A stretch of DNA of 62,526 nucleotides, taken from assembly GCA_964444225.1 (NCBI GenBank), contig CAYUFM010000004.1, positions 1-62,526 of the forward strand. Reading direction: 5' to 3'. The position numbers and the translations under genes are program-made. Under the pieces are notes generated by a model, which worked only from the letters and a program-made list of their open reading frames with translations, had not been told where the DNA came from and ran no database searches. Source of the DNA: an uncultured Candidatus Saccharibacteria bacterium (lineage in GTDB: Bacteria > Patescibacteriota > Saccharimonadia > Saccharimonadales > 2-12-FULL-41-12). Position 1 is the stretch's first letter. Each line of letters opens with the position of its first letter. Below are positions 50,537-61,138 of the stretch, in pieces.

Positions 50537-51948
50537 TTAACTAACTCCTGAAGACGAAGCGAAAATTCAAGCAAGGCTTTATCTTGATTCTGTGGAGCCA
50601 TTAGCTGGATTCCTACCGGCATATTACTCGCAGATCCTACTGGCAAGCTGATTGCTGGTATACCAACCAAATTAGCCGCTACTGTCATAACGTCCATAAG
50701 GTACATCTGTAGTGGATCGTCTGTATTTTCACCTATTTTGAAGGCTGTGGTAGGCGCCGTTGGACCTATTAAAATATCATATTTTTTAAATGCCTTAGCG
50801 AATTCATTAATAAGCTTAGTCCTAACTAACTGGGCTTTTTGATAATAGGCGTCGTAGTATCCACTACTCAAAACGTACGTTCCCAGCATAATCCTGCGCT
50901 TCGCTTCATCACCAAAACCAATCGAGCGACTATTACTGTAGCTAGCATCTAGATCGCGAGCTGATTCATCAGAAAACCCATACCTTTGGCCGTCATATCG
51001 ACTAAGATTACTACTGACTTCGGCCGGACATAAAACATAATAAACTGGAAGCGCTAGCCCTATAGACGGTATACTAACTTCCTCGACACCCCCCAGCTTA
51101 CTGATTGTGTCCTTGATGACGTTTGCAACGTTATCGTCCAAACCTTCATCAAAAAATTCTTTAATATAGCCCACCCTTAGATCAGTAGATTTTTCAGAAA
51201 CAAGATCGGCATAGCTAGAAGAGTCACGATCTATTGTGGTGCCATCCAGATCATCCTTGCCAGCCATGCATTCTAATACCAGAGCTACATCTTCTACTGA
51301 TTTTGCAATAGGACCAATCACGTCTAAGCTACTAGCCATAGCCACAACTCCACTGCGCGAGACCAAGCCGTAGGTTGGCTTATAGCCAACTACACCACAA
51401 AAGCTTGCCGGCAAGCGGATCGACCCACCAGTATCTGTACCCAGAGAAAAAGGCGCTAAATCCAGAGCAATTGATGCTGCTGATCCGCCCGAACTCCCAC
51501 CAGGTACTCGAGTTTTATCATGAGGATTTAACGTGGTCATAAAATCACTATTTTCGGTACTGCTTCCATGGGCAAACGCATCGAGGTTGGCTTTGGCGAC
51601 ACAAATTGCGCCTTCTGCTTCTAGCCTTTCTATTGCCGTAGATTGGTAAGGAGCGTCAAAGCCTTTCATAATGTTGCTGGCGGCTGTCGTGTCGGTTCCA
51701 AAAACCAAGAAATTATCTTTTGCGATAAAGGGCACACCAGATAATCTGCCGACATTTTCACCTGATGCTATTTTTGCATCTATCTCATCGGCACGCTTTA
51801 GCGAACCATCTTTAATAACCGCTATTATAGATTTAAACTCAGCGTGTGCTTCAATCAGATCTAAGGCTTTTTCTACCTGATCACGGGCAGTATACTTTCC
51901 AGATTTTACAGACTCTGCAATCTGACTGATTGGCTCCCAAACTGACAC
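50533..51948 (-). CDS. gatA: Asp/Glu-tRNA amidotransferase subunit A
   Basis: Amidase signature PGGSSGGSA, GTDTGGSIRLPA, SNLSRYDG. Confidence 0.98.
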   Translation of the reverse strand: MSVWEPISQIAESVKSGKYTARDQVEKALDLIEAHAEFKSIIAVIKDGSLKRADEIDAKIASGENVGRLSGVPFIAKDNFLVFGTDTTAASNIMKGFDAPYQSTAIERLEAEGAICVAKANLDAFAHGSSTENSDFMTTLNPHDKTRVPGGSSGGSAASIALDLAPFSLGTDTGGSIRLPASFCGVVGYKPTYGLVSRSGVVAMASSLDVIGPIAKSVEDVALVLECMAGKDDLDGTTIDRDSSSYADLVSEKSTDLRVGYIKEFFDEGLDDNVANVIKDTISKLGGVEEVSIPSIGLALPVYYVLCPAEVSSNLSRYDGQRYGFSDESARDLDASYSNSRSIGFGDEAKRRIMLGTYVLSSGYYDAYYQKAQLVRTKLINEFAKAFKKYDILIGPTAPTTAFKIGENTDDPLQMYLMDVMTVAANLVGIPAISLPVGSASNMPVGIQLMAPQNQDKALLEFSLRLQELVK

Positions 51949-52238
51949 TACTCTATAATCCTACGTACTTTTATTTGATTGTTCTCTGTGGCAGGCGCGT
52001 TTTTTAGCAATTCTTTTTGTGACACACCTGGTTTAATTTCATCTTCGCGCGTAACATTTGTTAGTCCAGTAACTTGGTTTGTTGGCTCTAGGCCTGTCGT
52101 ATCTACAGACTGCAGTTGGTCAATATAATTTAGCAGGGACTCCAGTTCATTTCTAAACTTCTCCGATTGCTCATCATCTAAGCTAAGCTTGCTTAGTTTT
52201 GCCAATTTTAATACTTCTTCTTTTGTAATTTTGCCCAT
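51948..52238 (-). CDS. gatC: Asp/Glu-tRNA amidotransferase subunit C
   Basis: ITKEEV..LAKLSKL, VDTTGLEPT, RED, LKNAP. Confidence 0.95.
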   Translation of the reverse strand: MGKITKEEVLKLAKLSKLSLDDEQSEKFRNELESLLNYIDQLQSVDTTGLEPTNQVTGLTNVTREDEIKPGVSQKELLKNAPATENNQIKVRRIIE

Positions 52239-52293
52239 ATATAAAGAATATTATAGCCCTTGAGCAGAGGGTTTACTAGCACAAATTTAATAT

Positions 52294-53403
52294 TTATCTA
52301 AGTTCTGTAGGCGTAATTTCTGAATCTAGTGGTGCCTCCAGAGTATCGACTACTGCCGGTTCAGTAACGCCTTTATCTCTCGGCGGAATTGGTTCTGTTG
52401 TAAAAATTCCAGTAACATTTTGCTCAAAGCATTTTTGACCCTTTGGATGATTGTAGAAATCCCCGTTGTATTGAGGATAAATGCTCTTTTCAAGCGCCGG
52501 ATAAACACCAAATTGACCATCTGATTTAGTCAAGAATGTTGCACATAGTTTATATTTATCGTCAGCTAGTTTTTCATAAATATAGCTGTGCTTATTAATC
52601 CGTTCTTTTACTTTATCGTCTAGGCTAAGTTCAGATAAACTTTCTGGCAAAGCCGAATTCTGATAGTGTTTGCTCGTAATCTCGGATTGCATGGTGAATA
52701 AGTCACCAGAGATTTGTGAGTCAACTGCTTGGTTGCGGTTATTCATGAATGGAAAAATCACAAACAGCACACCAGCAACCAGTGAAAGCACTACGATAGA
52801 ATACCTAAATATATGCATCGCTTTTGATGTTTTTGATGAGACAACATTGCGATAGTCTCCAGAAAAAGCCCATACTGCCAATAGTAAAAATGTAGCCTTA
52901 GCTAGGTTTTCTACAGCCTCACGCCAATCAAAACCAGTACCCAAAACGTCGTTTAGGCTAAGGTAATTTAGCCCAGCAGTAATAACAGATACTAAGCTAA
53001 CAATTGCCCAGACGCAAGCAATGGCTAAGAATATGTTTAATATGCCTTTACGCCAAGCTAGGTTTTTTATATCTGCATCAACCCGTTCAGCGGCGGCAGT
53101 ACGCTGTATCAAAACAACTACCGCAGGAAATACCACAATAAATCCAGCTAACAGTCCGACTGTCATGTCACCATATCCATACCCGCCAAAATACGGCAAG
53201 AAAAAACCATTCTGAATAAACGATGCTTGTTTACCTATCAGTTCCTGAAGCATCATCCCCAGTATGTTGATTAGAGCAACTACGAGCGCCAGCAGAAGAC
53301 CGTACTCAAACAAATATGCCCTGCTTTTACCAAAACTTATACTTCGTATACTATAGCCTTTTTTTACAGCGGATTTGTCTTTATCCATCTCCCAAAACCT
53401 CAC
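52294..53403 (-). CDS. multi-pass membrane protein with C-terminal pilin-like extracellular domain (DUF5671-like); start may be ATG 53388
   Basis: Several TMs, then D..I..DL, LPESLSEL, YKLCATF, and a second Cys. Confidence 0.8.
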   Translation of the reverse strand: MRFWEMDKDKSAVKKGYSIRSISFGKSRAYLFEYGLLLALVVALINILGMMLQELIGKQASFIQNGFFLPYFGGYGYGDMTVGLLAGFIVVFPAVVVLIQRTAAAERVDADIKNLAWRKGILNIFLAIACVWAIVSLVSVITAGLNYLSLNDVLGTGFDWREAVENLAKATFLLLAVWAFSGDYRNVVSSKTSKAMHIFRYSIVVLSLVAGVLFVIFPFMNNRNQAVDSQISGDLFTMQSEITSKHYQNSALPESLSELSLDDKVKERINKHSYIYEKLADDKYKLCATFLTKSDGQFGVYPALEKSIYPQYNGDFYNHPKGQKCFEQNVTGIFTTEPIPPRDKGVTEPAVVDTLEAPLDSEITPTELR

Positions 53404-53445
53404 TATTTAGATATTGTTTTTATTGTAGTCCTAGTGCTTAATTTA

Positions 53446-55407
53446 TCATAATTTTTCTTTGATTTCGGCTATCATGTCGCGGAGTTCGGCTGCTTTTTCA
53501 AACTCTAGATTTGCAGACGCCAACTGCATCTGACGGTTTAAGTCACGAATTAGGTGCTGGTACTCATCCTTAGGAACTTTTTTAAGATCTAGGAGTGGCT
53601 TCTGGCTATCAGGCATGTCTGGTCTGATGCCTTTATCTATAGTCTTTAAAATACCCTCAGCTGTAATGCCATGTTTTTTGTTATAGGCCTCCTGGATTTT
53701 ACGCCTGCGATTAGTCTCACTAATTGCACGGTCCATACTGCCAGTTATGCGATCAGCATACATAATGACGCGACCATCAATATGCCTAGCTGCACGCCCT
53801 ATTGTCTGAACAAGCGCTTGCTCACTTCGCAAGAATCCTTCTTTATCGGCATCCAAGATTGCCACCAAGCTAACCTCAGGCAAATCCAGACCTTCTCGCA
53901 GAAGATTTATTCCGACCACAACATCATATATTCCCATACGTAAATCTCTCAGAATGTCAGAACGATCTAGTGTGTCAACTTCACTATGCAAGTAAGTTAC
54001 CTTAATTTTGAGCTCGGCTAAATATTCCGTCAGGTCTTCGCTCATTCTTTTAGTAAGCGTTGTCACCAGAACCCTGTGCCCCTTAGCTATGGTGTCACGA
54101 ATCTCTGCTATCAGATCATCAACCTGACCTTCTACTGGTCGTACTTCTATTTTTGGATCAACTAAGCCTGTCGGCCTGATCACCTGCTGAACTGGAGCCG
54201 GACTTCGGCTAAGCTCATACTCTGCTGGTGTTGCACTTACATAAATTACTTGATTTACATGACGCTCAAATTCTGTAAAGTTAAGTGGCCGGTTATCTAG
54301 CGCACTCGGAAGTCTAAATCCATGCTCTACCAAAACTTCCTTTCGCGCACGATCACCATTGTACATTCCTCTTACTTGCGGTATTGTCATGTGGCTTTCA
54401 TCTATTAATAACAGAAAATCATCGGGAAAATAATCAATCAAGGTTGCCGGCTGTTCACCCGGCTCACGATTAGTCAAATACCGGCTATAATTCTCGATTC
54501 CTTTAACAAAGCCTGTTTCTTCAAGCATCTCAAGGTCATAGTTTGTACGCTGTTCGAGTCTTTGGGCTTCCAGCAATTTACCCTGGCTTTTATATAACTT
54601 TAATCTCTCGGCTAATTCTTCTCGTATTTTCACTATCGCACCTACCAATTTTTCTTTTGGTGTAACATAGTGACTACCTGGATAAATACTAAGGCTACTT
54701 AGTGATTTAAGTATCTCGCCCGTTAAGGGATCGATCTGTGTTATTCGCTCGATCTCGTCACCAAAAAACTCAATCCGATAAGCTAGTTCTTCGCCGGCTG
54801 GGTAGACATCCACAACATCACCTTTTACTCGAAATGTGCTTCGATGAAAGTCAACATCATTTCGTTGATATTGAATATCGCTCAGGTGCCTAAGCAATTT
54901 ATCTCGCTTACGCGTTTCGCCAACTTTTATTTTTACGGCCAAATCTCCGTAATCCTCAACCGAGCCAATGCCGTAAATACAGCTCACACTGGCAATGATG
55001 ATCACATCTTTCCGGCTTAAAAGAGAGGAAGTGGCGGCATGTCGCAGCCTATCGATTTCTTCATTAATCTGACTGTCTTTTTCTATATATGTATCGCTAC
55101 GGGCAATATATGCTTCTGGCTGATAATAATCAAAATAACTAACAAAGTAGTGTACAGCCGCATCCGGAAAAAATTGTTTAAATTCGCTATATAACTGCGC
55201 CGCCAACGTTTTGTTGTGGCACAAAACCAAGGTAGTTTTTTGGGTCTTTTCAATAATATTGGCCATGGTAAAGGTTTTGCCGGAACCTGTTACACCCAGT
55301 AAAGTTTGTTCTTTGACGCCTTTTTTTAAGCCATCAATTAAAGCCTCAATAGCCACCGGCTGATCGCCGGTAGGCTTATACTCAGACTTCAACACGAACT
55401 TACTCAT
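53446..55407 (-). CDS. uvrB: excinuclease ABC subunit B
   Basis: [29 protein letters not shown]-terminal UVR domain. Confidence 0.99.
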   Translation of the reverse strand: MSKFVLKSEYKPTGDQPVAIEALIDGLKKGVKEQTLLGVTGSGKTFTMANIIEKTQKTTLVLCHNKTLAAQLYSEFKQFFPDAAVHYFVSYFDYYQPEAYIARSDTYIEKDSQINEEIDRLRHAATSSLLSRKDVIIIASVSCIYGIGSVEDYGDLAVKIKVGETRKRDKLLRHLSDIQYQRNDVDFHRSTFRVKGDVVDVYPAGEELAYRIEFFGDEIERITQIDPLTGEILKSLSSLSIYPGSHYVTPKEKLVGAIVKIREELAERLKLYKSQGKLLEAQRLEQRTNYDLEMLEETGFVKGIENYSRYLTNREPGEQPATLIDYFPDDFLLLIDESHMTIPQVRGMYNGDRARKEVLVEHGFRLPSALDNRPLNFTEFERHVNQVIYVSATPAEYELSRSPAPVQQVIRPTGLVDPKIEVRPVEGQVDDLIAEIRDTIAKGHRVLVTTLTKRMSEDLTEYLAELKIKVTYLHSEVDTLDRSDILRDLRMGIYDVVVGINLLREGLDLPEVSLVAILDADKEGFLRSEQALVQTIGRAARHIDGRVIMYADRITGSMDRAISETNRRRKIQEAYNKKHGITAEGILKTIDKGIRPDMPDSQKPLLDLKKVPKDEYQHLIRDLNRQMQLASANLEFEKAAELRDMIAEIKEKL

Positions 55408-55436
55408 CCCTACATTGTAGCAACTTATTGAAGAGA

Positions 55437-56639
55437 TTAGTTTTCTAGGAATTTGTCGATGATTTCTTCGGCCACATGGTCATGTGTTAAATAACGCGCC
55501 CAGAGTTCTTCCCATAACCGACTTTTACCAAAACTTTTAGTGCTATGTTGAAAAGCGATTTTATTTGAAGCATTAGTAACTACATCAATTAAGTTCATGG
55601 AGACAACCGGATGATTCTCATTATGAAAAAAGCTGTACTCTAGATCACGCCAAAAGTTAAACCTAGGGTCATGGTCACTAAGTAAACGAAGGGCTGGACT
55701 AACCGAAAATTCTTCGTATGAAATATAGGGCTGTTCTATTCTGTTCATAAAATCTTCGTTACCTACCAAATGTCGATGTATACTATTCCAGCCAATTTCA
55801 GAAATTGCAGATGAAGCACGGATAATTCCTTGGTTTGCCACCTCGCAGAATTGTTGCCCAAAGTCCTTACGAACGCTCAAAGTTCTAAAATAAGCACTGT
55901 GTCGACGCATGTCAGATATGGATTCCAGAAGTGTTGCAGTTATAGCTAAAACATCTAGAGGAAACCGGCTTTTAGGTGGTACGAGGGTTAGATTACCGGT
56001 TTCATAGTTAGGCATTATTACTTTACTGGCATTAAAACCAGCCTTTTCAAGCTTAGGCATACGGCCAGCCTCAACCACCTCGAATGAAACCTTCTTTACG
56101 TCAAAATCACCAACCTTAAATTTTTTATAGTTTTGTTTAAATTTAGCCACCCAGTCTGGTGACTCTATTTCAAAAGCAAGAGTAATAATCTCGGTCACAG
56201 AATTTCGTTTTAATATAGAGTCAATTGACCTAAGACCCAGAGCCTTCATAAGTGTTTTTGGAGGCTGTTTCTTTAAAATATTTTTTATTACTGCAGGTTT
56301 ACAAACCCACACAGTGTTAGACGCTGAGTTTTTCTTAACCCATTTGGTAATTTTCTTCAGCACATCTTCCGGTTTGTCTTTTGGCAAGATTTTTAAATAA
56401 CTTTCCAGCCATTCATTATCAATCCTAGCGCGTTCTTGGAGGGCAAAATATAGCTCACTAGAGATAGTGTCCGTCGGATCAAGCCCAAGAATCTTTACAG
56501 CAGCAACGGCCCTCGCCCGCATGTCAGAATACAGCCTAAGGTCATGTCCATGCTTGCCCGACCTAGCTTCCCAGCCTTCAATTAAATGACTAAACCCTAC
56601 TCTATCGACATCGAGAATATCCGAAATCAACCTTGCCAT
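55437..56639 (-). CDS. hypothetical protein (400 aa)
   Basis: Long ORF with GAGGGTG SD; no motif recognised. Confidence 0.85.
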   Translation of the reverse strand: MARLISDILDVDRVGFSHLIEGWEARSGKHGHDLRLYSDMRARAVAAVKILGLDPTDTISSELYFALQERARIDNEWLESYLKILPKDKPEDVLKKITKWVKKNSASNTVWVCKPAVIKNILKKQPPKTLMKALGLRSIDSILKRNSVTEIITLAFEIESPDWVAKFKQNYKKFKVGDFDVKKVSFEVVEAGRMPKLEKAGFNASKVIMPNYETGNLTLVPPKSRFPLDVLAITATLLESISDMRRHSAYFRTLSVRKDFGQQFCEVANQGIIRASSAISEIGWNSIHRHLVGNEDFMNRIEQPYISYEEFSVSPALRLLSDHDPRFNFWRDLEYSFFHNENHPVVSMNLIDVVTNASNKIAFQHSTKSFGKSRLWEELWARYLTHDHVAEEIIDKFLEN

Positions 56640-56666
56640 TTATCAAACACCCTCAATTATTGATTC

Positions 56667-56800
56667 GTGAAGACCTGGATTCAATACTGTAGTTTGGATA
56701 AATACCAGAGCACAAAAAATGGGTCGTACGGTATGGTACGTTGGAGTTTTTTGTCCCAGATTTTTATTCAAAATACGCATTTTGTATTTGAGCCGATCAC
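56667..56800. repeat. palindromic ERIC/RPE-like element
   Basis: Nested imperfect stems (GTGA/TCAC, TTCAATAC/GTATTTGA, TTTGGATAAA/TTTATTCAAA) around CGTAC-GGTATG-GTACG; abuts the pfkB-family stop. Confidence 0.65.
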
Positions 56801-57798
56801 TAGATGCGTTCAGGCTTATACCATTCAGGGGCTTTTTTTAACAAATCTACTAATTCTCTTTCGCTCAGTAGGCCGGCCTGCGCACCGACATGTTGCACAA
56901 CATTCATAGAACTAATTGGCGCCCACTGCAATGCACCCTCAATTGTATTACCGCTAATTATCGATGCGACAAAAGTAGAAGTATAGGCATCACCGGCACC
57001 AGTTCGTTCAACCGGAGGCTTAGGATCGGGATAAAGTGGCATTTTAAACCTATTTTCGCCATCACTAGCATAGCTTCCCTTTGGACCGTCACTAATTACA
57101 ACAATTTTACAGCCCATGTCATGAAACCGATTAAATAAATCATGCAGGTCATCGTAGTTACCGCCAGTAATGAAGACTGCTTCTTCTCTGTTGCAAGCCA
57201 TTACATCACTATGAGCATAGATACGTTTAAGTCTCTCGGCTCCAGCCTTCATCTGGAAAGTACCTGGCTGGAAAGCTAGCTTCACTTCTGGATTATCATC
57301 AAGCCAATCAGCTATATCGTCGTGGCAATCTATAGCAGCTTCACCGATTGAACTTAAATATGTCCATTTCGGCACTTCCGATGGTTTAAATTTTGGCCAA
57401 TGATACTCATAGGCTACTTGGTTAACTAATATAGTTCTTTCTTCTTTATACCAAAGTACATAGTGATAATTTGTGGTTTTTTTTGAATTTATACGTATAA
57501 ACCTAGGGTCAACATCCTTTTTTTCAAGTGTTGCAATAATGTCCCGTCCAGCAGAGTCACCTCCGACGTTAGACACAAAGGCCGTGTCAAGACCAAGGCC
57601 GGCAAAGTTAACGGCAGCATTTGCAGAGTTACCTACGCCCTGAATAATTTCAGCATGATCAAATGGTATTTTAGTGCCAAAAGGCATAGACAGGACTAGC
57701 CCATCTTTTGATTCAGAAACACTCGCCTGGTCATCTAGCAATTTTATAAAAGCATCGGTTACGACATCACCTACACACAAAACGTCAATTTGACTCAT
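56800..57798 (-). CDS. PfkB/ribokinase family carbohydrate kinase
   Basis: GNSANAAV..AGLG, NREEA, ERTGAGDAY. Confidence 0.92.
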   Translation of the reverse strand: MSQIDVLCVGDVVTDAFIKLLDDQASVSESKDGLVLSMPFGTKIPFDHAEIIQGVGNSANAAVNFAGLGLDTAFVSNVGGDSAGRDIIATLEKKDVDPRFIRINSKKTTNYHYVLWYKEERTILVNQVAYEYHWPKFKPSEVPKWTYLSSIGEAAIDCHDDIADWLDDNPEVKLAFQPGTFQMKAGAERLKRIYAHSDVMACNREEAVFITGGNYDDLHDLFNRFHDMGCKIVVISDGPKGSYASDGENRFKMPLYPDPKPPVERTGAGDAYTSTFVASIISGNTIEGALQWAPISSMNVVQHVGAQAGLLSERELVDLLKKAPEWYKPERI

Positions 57799-57867
57799 TT
57801 ATCCCACCTTTTCCAAATATTTATACTATAGATTGTAAACGTAAGCATCTTTAATATCAATGCTTTT

Positions 57868-58785
57868 CTAGCCTGGTAGCCTAGCCTTGCCCGCCGATCC
57901 AAAGGCGTCAATTTTAGACTCTACTACCACCTGTACGGCACCTATTACCTCATCCATGAGCTTTATTACTGCAAATTCATCAGGACTTCCTTTAAGCACC
58001 TTTTCTAGAGTGTTGCGAAACGCAACTCGCATGTCTGAATTAATATTTATCTTTGACACACCAATTTTAGCCGCTTTTTCAAAGTAGTGCTCTGGGGTAC
58101 CGCTGCCACCATGTAAGCTAATATTGCAATCTACAGCGTTGCGTAGTTCCTGTAATAAGTCTAGGTCTAGTTTTTTTGGTACTGGGTACTTACCATGAAG
58201 ATTGCCAATTGCAGCAGCAAAGGTATCTATGCCAGTTGCGTCAACAAAAGCCTTTGTGCCTTCTGGTGTACTAAAGGTCTTTTTTATTTCGACGTAGTCG
58301 ATCTTTTCTTTGTGTACATTAGAGCTTCCACCAAAGTAGTGAGGTTCGCTTTCGACCAGTGCGCCGGTTAGCCTGGCGTATTCTACAACCATGCGTGTGT
58401 CGTTGATAATTTGCTCTTCGGATGCGTCATGGTTGGCCTGTGAAACATCGATATGTATAAATTCAAAGCCAGCTTCTATACCAGCGATCGCATCCTCTAC
58501 GCTAGGGCTGTGGTCTAGGTTTATGTAGATCTCAATTCCAAACTCATTTTTATAGTTGTCGACCATGTCACGGATGTTATCCAAACCCAGAGAGTCAACC
58601 TCGCCCTTGCTAACCTCTACTAAAACTGGAGATTTTTTAGAAATAGCAGCACGAACTACTGCTTTTAGCGTTTCTTGATTGTCTAGATTGAATGCACCTA
58701 CTGCAAAGCCTTCTGCTTTAGCCCGCATCATCAAGCCTCTAGCAGCTTGTGTGTTTTCTCTAATTTGTCGCAAAGTTAACGGCAT
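57868..58785 (-). CDS. fba: class II fructose-bisphosphate aldolase
   Basis: AVGAFN, NLDH, AAAIGNLHG, LHGGSG, KININ. Confidence 0.92.
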   Translation of the reverse strand: MPLTLRQIRENTQAARGLMMRAKAEGFAVGAFNLDNQETLKAVVRAAISKKSPVLVEVSKGEVDSLGLDNIRDMVDNYKNEFGIEIYINLDHSPSVEDAIAGIEAGFEFIHIDVSQANHDASEEQIINDTRMVVEYARLTGALVESEPHYFGGSSNVHKEKIDYVEIKKTFSTPEGTKAFVDATGIDTFAAAIGNLHGKYPVPKKLDLDLLQELRNAVDCNISLHGGSGTPEHYFEKAAKIGVSKININSDMRVAFRNTLEKVLKGSPDEFAVIKLMDEVIGAVQVVVESKIDAFGSAGKARLPG

Positions 58786-58860
58786 ATCCCACCTTTTTTA
58801 TTGTTACTTTAATTTTAGCAGTAAAGCACTTGTGCTTACAACTAGAAACTATTAAAATTA

Positions 58861-58898
58861 CAATTATTACAATTGTTTGCAATTATTACAATTGTTTG
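58861..58898. repeat. perfect 19-bp tandem duplication
   Basis: CAATTATTACAATTGTTTG at 58861-58879 and 58880-58898. Confidence 0.9.
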
Positions 58899-58905
58899 AT
58901 ATGAT
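58877..58905 (+). promoter_or_regulatory. sigma70 promoter for the 58929 gene
   Basis: TTGCAA, 17 nt, (TGa)TATGAT; AAGGAG SD downstream. Confidence 0.65.
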
Positions 58906-58928
58906 ATATAAAAATTAAGGAGATTTAT

Positions 58929-59309
58929 ATGTTTGAAAATTTAGGTGAAAGAATAAAAAAGCCTCTCGCTATTACTGGTCTTGTTGCCACATCTTTCGGG
59001 TTTGTTGCATGCGGTCCAAGATTTCAACAACCGACTGATGGGAAAATTGATAGTCAGACGACTGATGATTCATTTTCGGTTACACACGATTACACGCCTG
59101 AAGGAATGAGAATAACCGAATATAGAAATAGAGGAAAATATTTAGCTGTGGACCAAACTTATGCATACTGCGATGGCCCTGACATGGTAGAATTTCCAGC
59201 AGGTGGGGGTAACAAAAAAACTGGTACTACTGTCATAACTCGATCAGCAGGTCACACTGCTTGCGAGGACGGGAAACTCAAACCTGAAGATTTTCTAATA
59301 GCTAATTAA
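58929..59309 (+). CDS. putative lipoprotein / exported protein
   Basis: Basic N-region, hydrophobic stretch, lipobox-like FVAC; strong SD. Confidence 0.8.
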   Translation: MFENLGERIKKPLAITGLVATSFGFVACGPRFQQPTDGKIDSQTTDDSFSVTHDYTPEGMRITEYRNRGKYLAVDQTYAYCDGPDMVEFPAGGGNKKTGTTVITRSAGHTACEDGKLKPEDFLIAN

Positions 59310-59318
59310 ATTACTCAT

Positions 59319-60290
59319 CTAGCCAAGTAGTTGGTGGACGTTGAAGGAAATGTGTTTTGCTGTAAGACCAAAATGCTCTAGTAACTCGTCTGGGTTGCCG
59401 GATTCACCAAAACGATCTTTCATGCCCATGCGCAACATTTTAGTCGGCATACTTTCACCCAAAAGCTCGGCTATGGCTCCACCTAAGCCCCCGGCAACTT
59501 GTGCTTCTTCTACCGTTAAGACTAGCCCTGTCTTTGTAACGCTACCCAGAATAGTTGCAGAATCTAGGGGTTTTATTGTTGGCACGTGCACAACTTCTGC
59601 ATTTATTCCATCTTTTGCCAGCTTTTCCGCGGCCACTAAAGCCTGATAGGTCATTGTACCCGTAGCAAAGATTGAAATATCTTTGCCCTCACGATAAACA
59701 TAAGCCTTGCCTATCTCAAACGGCGCTTCTTCCGTGGTAATAATTGGTGTAGCTTCACGGGCTAGTCGCAAATATGCTGGCCTTGGGTCTTCAGCTAATG
59801 CCAGAGTCGCTTTCTTTGCCTCTAGACTATCTCCGGGGACTATGACTACCATGTTTGGTAACACACGCATTAAAGCAATGTCTTCAAGCATCTGATGTGT
59901 CGCTCCGTCGGGGCCAACACTAACTCCAGCGTGTGAGCCAACAACCTTAACCGGCCTATCATTAAGGCAAATCGTAGTTCTAATTTGCTCCCAGTTACGT
60001 CCCGGACTAAAGGCAGCGTAGCTGGAGACAAAAGGAATTTTGCCAACAGACGCCAGGCCAGAAGCAACCGTCACTAGATTTTGCTCGGCAACTCCAATCT
60101 CTACAAATCTATCCGGATATTGTTCCTTAAAAAAATTCATCTGCGTACTGTCGGTCAGGTCAGCACAAAGTGCAACTATCTGGTCATTTTCTCCACCAGC
60201 CTGAAGTAAACCTATGCCAAAGCCTTTTCGAATTGGCTCTTTGACAATATCTTTATCTAAAATATCTGCAACTAAATAATTTTTACTCAT
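59319..60290 (-). CDS. transketolase, C-terminal subunit
   Basis: GVAEQN, GPDGATHQ, TIKPLD, D.FGESG. Confidence 0.95.
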   Translation of the reverse strand: MSKNYLVADILDKDIVKEPIRKGFGIGLLQAGGENDQIVALCADLTDSTQMNFFKEQYPDRFVEIGVAEQNLVTVASGLASVGKIPFVSSYAAFSPGRNWEQIRTTICLNDRPVKVVGSHAGVSVGPDGATHQMLEDIALMRVLPNMVVIVPGDSLEAKKATLALAEDPRPAYLRLAREATPIITTEEAPFEIGKAYVYREGKDISIFATGTMTYQALVAAEKLAKDGINAEVVHVPTIKPLDSATILGSVTKTGLVLTVEEAQVAGGLGGAIAELLGESMPTKMLRMGMKDRFGESGNPDELLEHFGLTAKHISFNVHQLLG

Positions 60291-61137
60291 GTTCGCCCCT
60301 TATTTTTCCCTGCAGAGTTCGCAGATCATGAAGGGCTTTTTTGGCTTCTTCGTGATTTGGTGGTTTACCATGCCATTTGTAGTCATACTCCATGAAATCT
60401 ATACCCTTGCCTGGAATGGTTTGAGCAATTATCATGACTGGCTTATTAACTATTGCTCTTGCTAGAGCGCAAGCATCTATAAACGCCTGGATGTTGTTGC
60501 CGTCTACTTCTAGAACATGCCAACCAAACGAGTCCCATTTAGCAGCCAAATCGCCCAGGGGCATAACTTCTTCTGTTGGTCCATCAATCTGTATGTTATT
60601 CCGGTCGGTAACTGCTATCAAGTTACCTAGCTTATTTTTGCCCGCAAACATTGCGGCCTCCCATACATTACCCTCGTCTTGCTCGCCATCACCCATAACC
60701 ACATAGACCCATCTGTGCAGATCATTATTAATCCGTAGCCCCATCGCCACACCAGCAGCCTGACTAAGTCCAGACCCTAACGGACCCGACGTATTCTCAA
60801 GACCCGGCAACTTGGTACGCTCAGGATGGCCTTGCAGTCGCGACCCAAACTTACGAAGAGTCTTTAGTTCCTCAATAGGAAAAAACCCTGCGTGAGCCAT
60901 AGTTGCGTACTGAACAGGCACACAGTGGCCATTGCTTAAGAAAAGGTAGTCGCGCTCTTCCCAATCTGGTTTTTTAGGATCATAGTTCAAAATATCAAAA
61001 TAAAAAGCCGTAAATATATCTGCTAGCCCTAACGGCCCAGCGCTATGTCCGCTACCGGCTTCTTCTAGCATTTTTATAATATCCTTGCGGATATCATTAG
61101 CTTTTACTTCAAGTTGTTCTATAGATATTTTTGCCAT
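60283..61137 (-). CDS. transketolase, N-terminal subunit
   Basis: SGH, LQGHP, GDGE..EG..WEA TPP motif, NNIQIDG, KWHG. Confidence 0.95.
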   Translation of the reverse strand: MAKISIEQLEVKANDIRKDIIKMLEEAGSGHSAGPLGLADIFTAFYFDILNYDPKKPDWEERDYLFLSNGHCVPVQYATMAHAGFFPIEELKTLRKFGSRLQGHPERTKLPGLENTSGPLGSGLSQAAGVAMGLRINNDLHRWVYVVMGDGEQDEGNVWEAAMFAGKNKLGNLIAVTDRNNIQIDGPTEEVMPLGDLAAKWDSFGWHVLEVDGNNIQAFIDACALARAIVNKPVMIIAQTIPGKGIDFMEYDYKWHGKPPNHEEAKKALHDLRTLQGKIRGEHE

Positions 61138-61138
61138 C

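Noticed and set aside
58855..58898. Possible CRISPR array
   Set aside because: Only two adjacent copies, no spacers and no cas genes.
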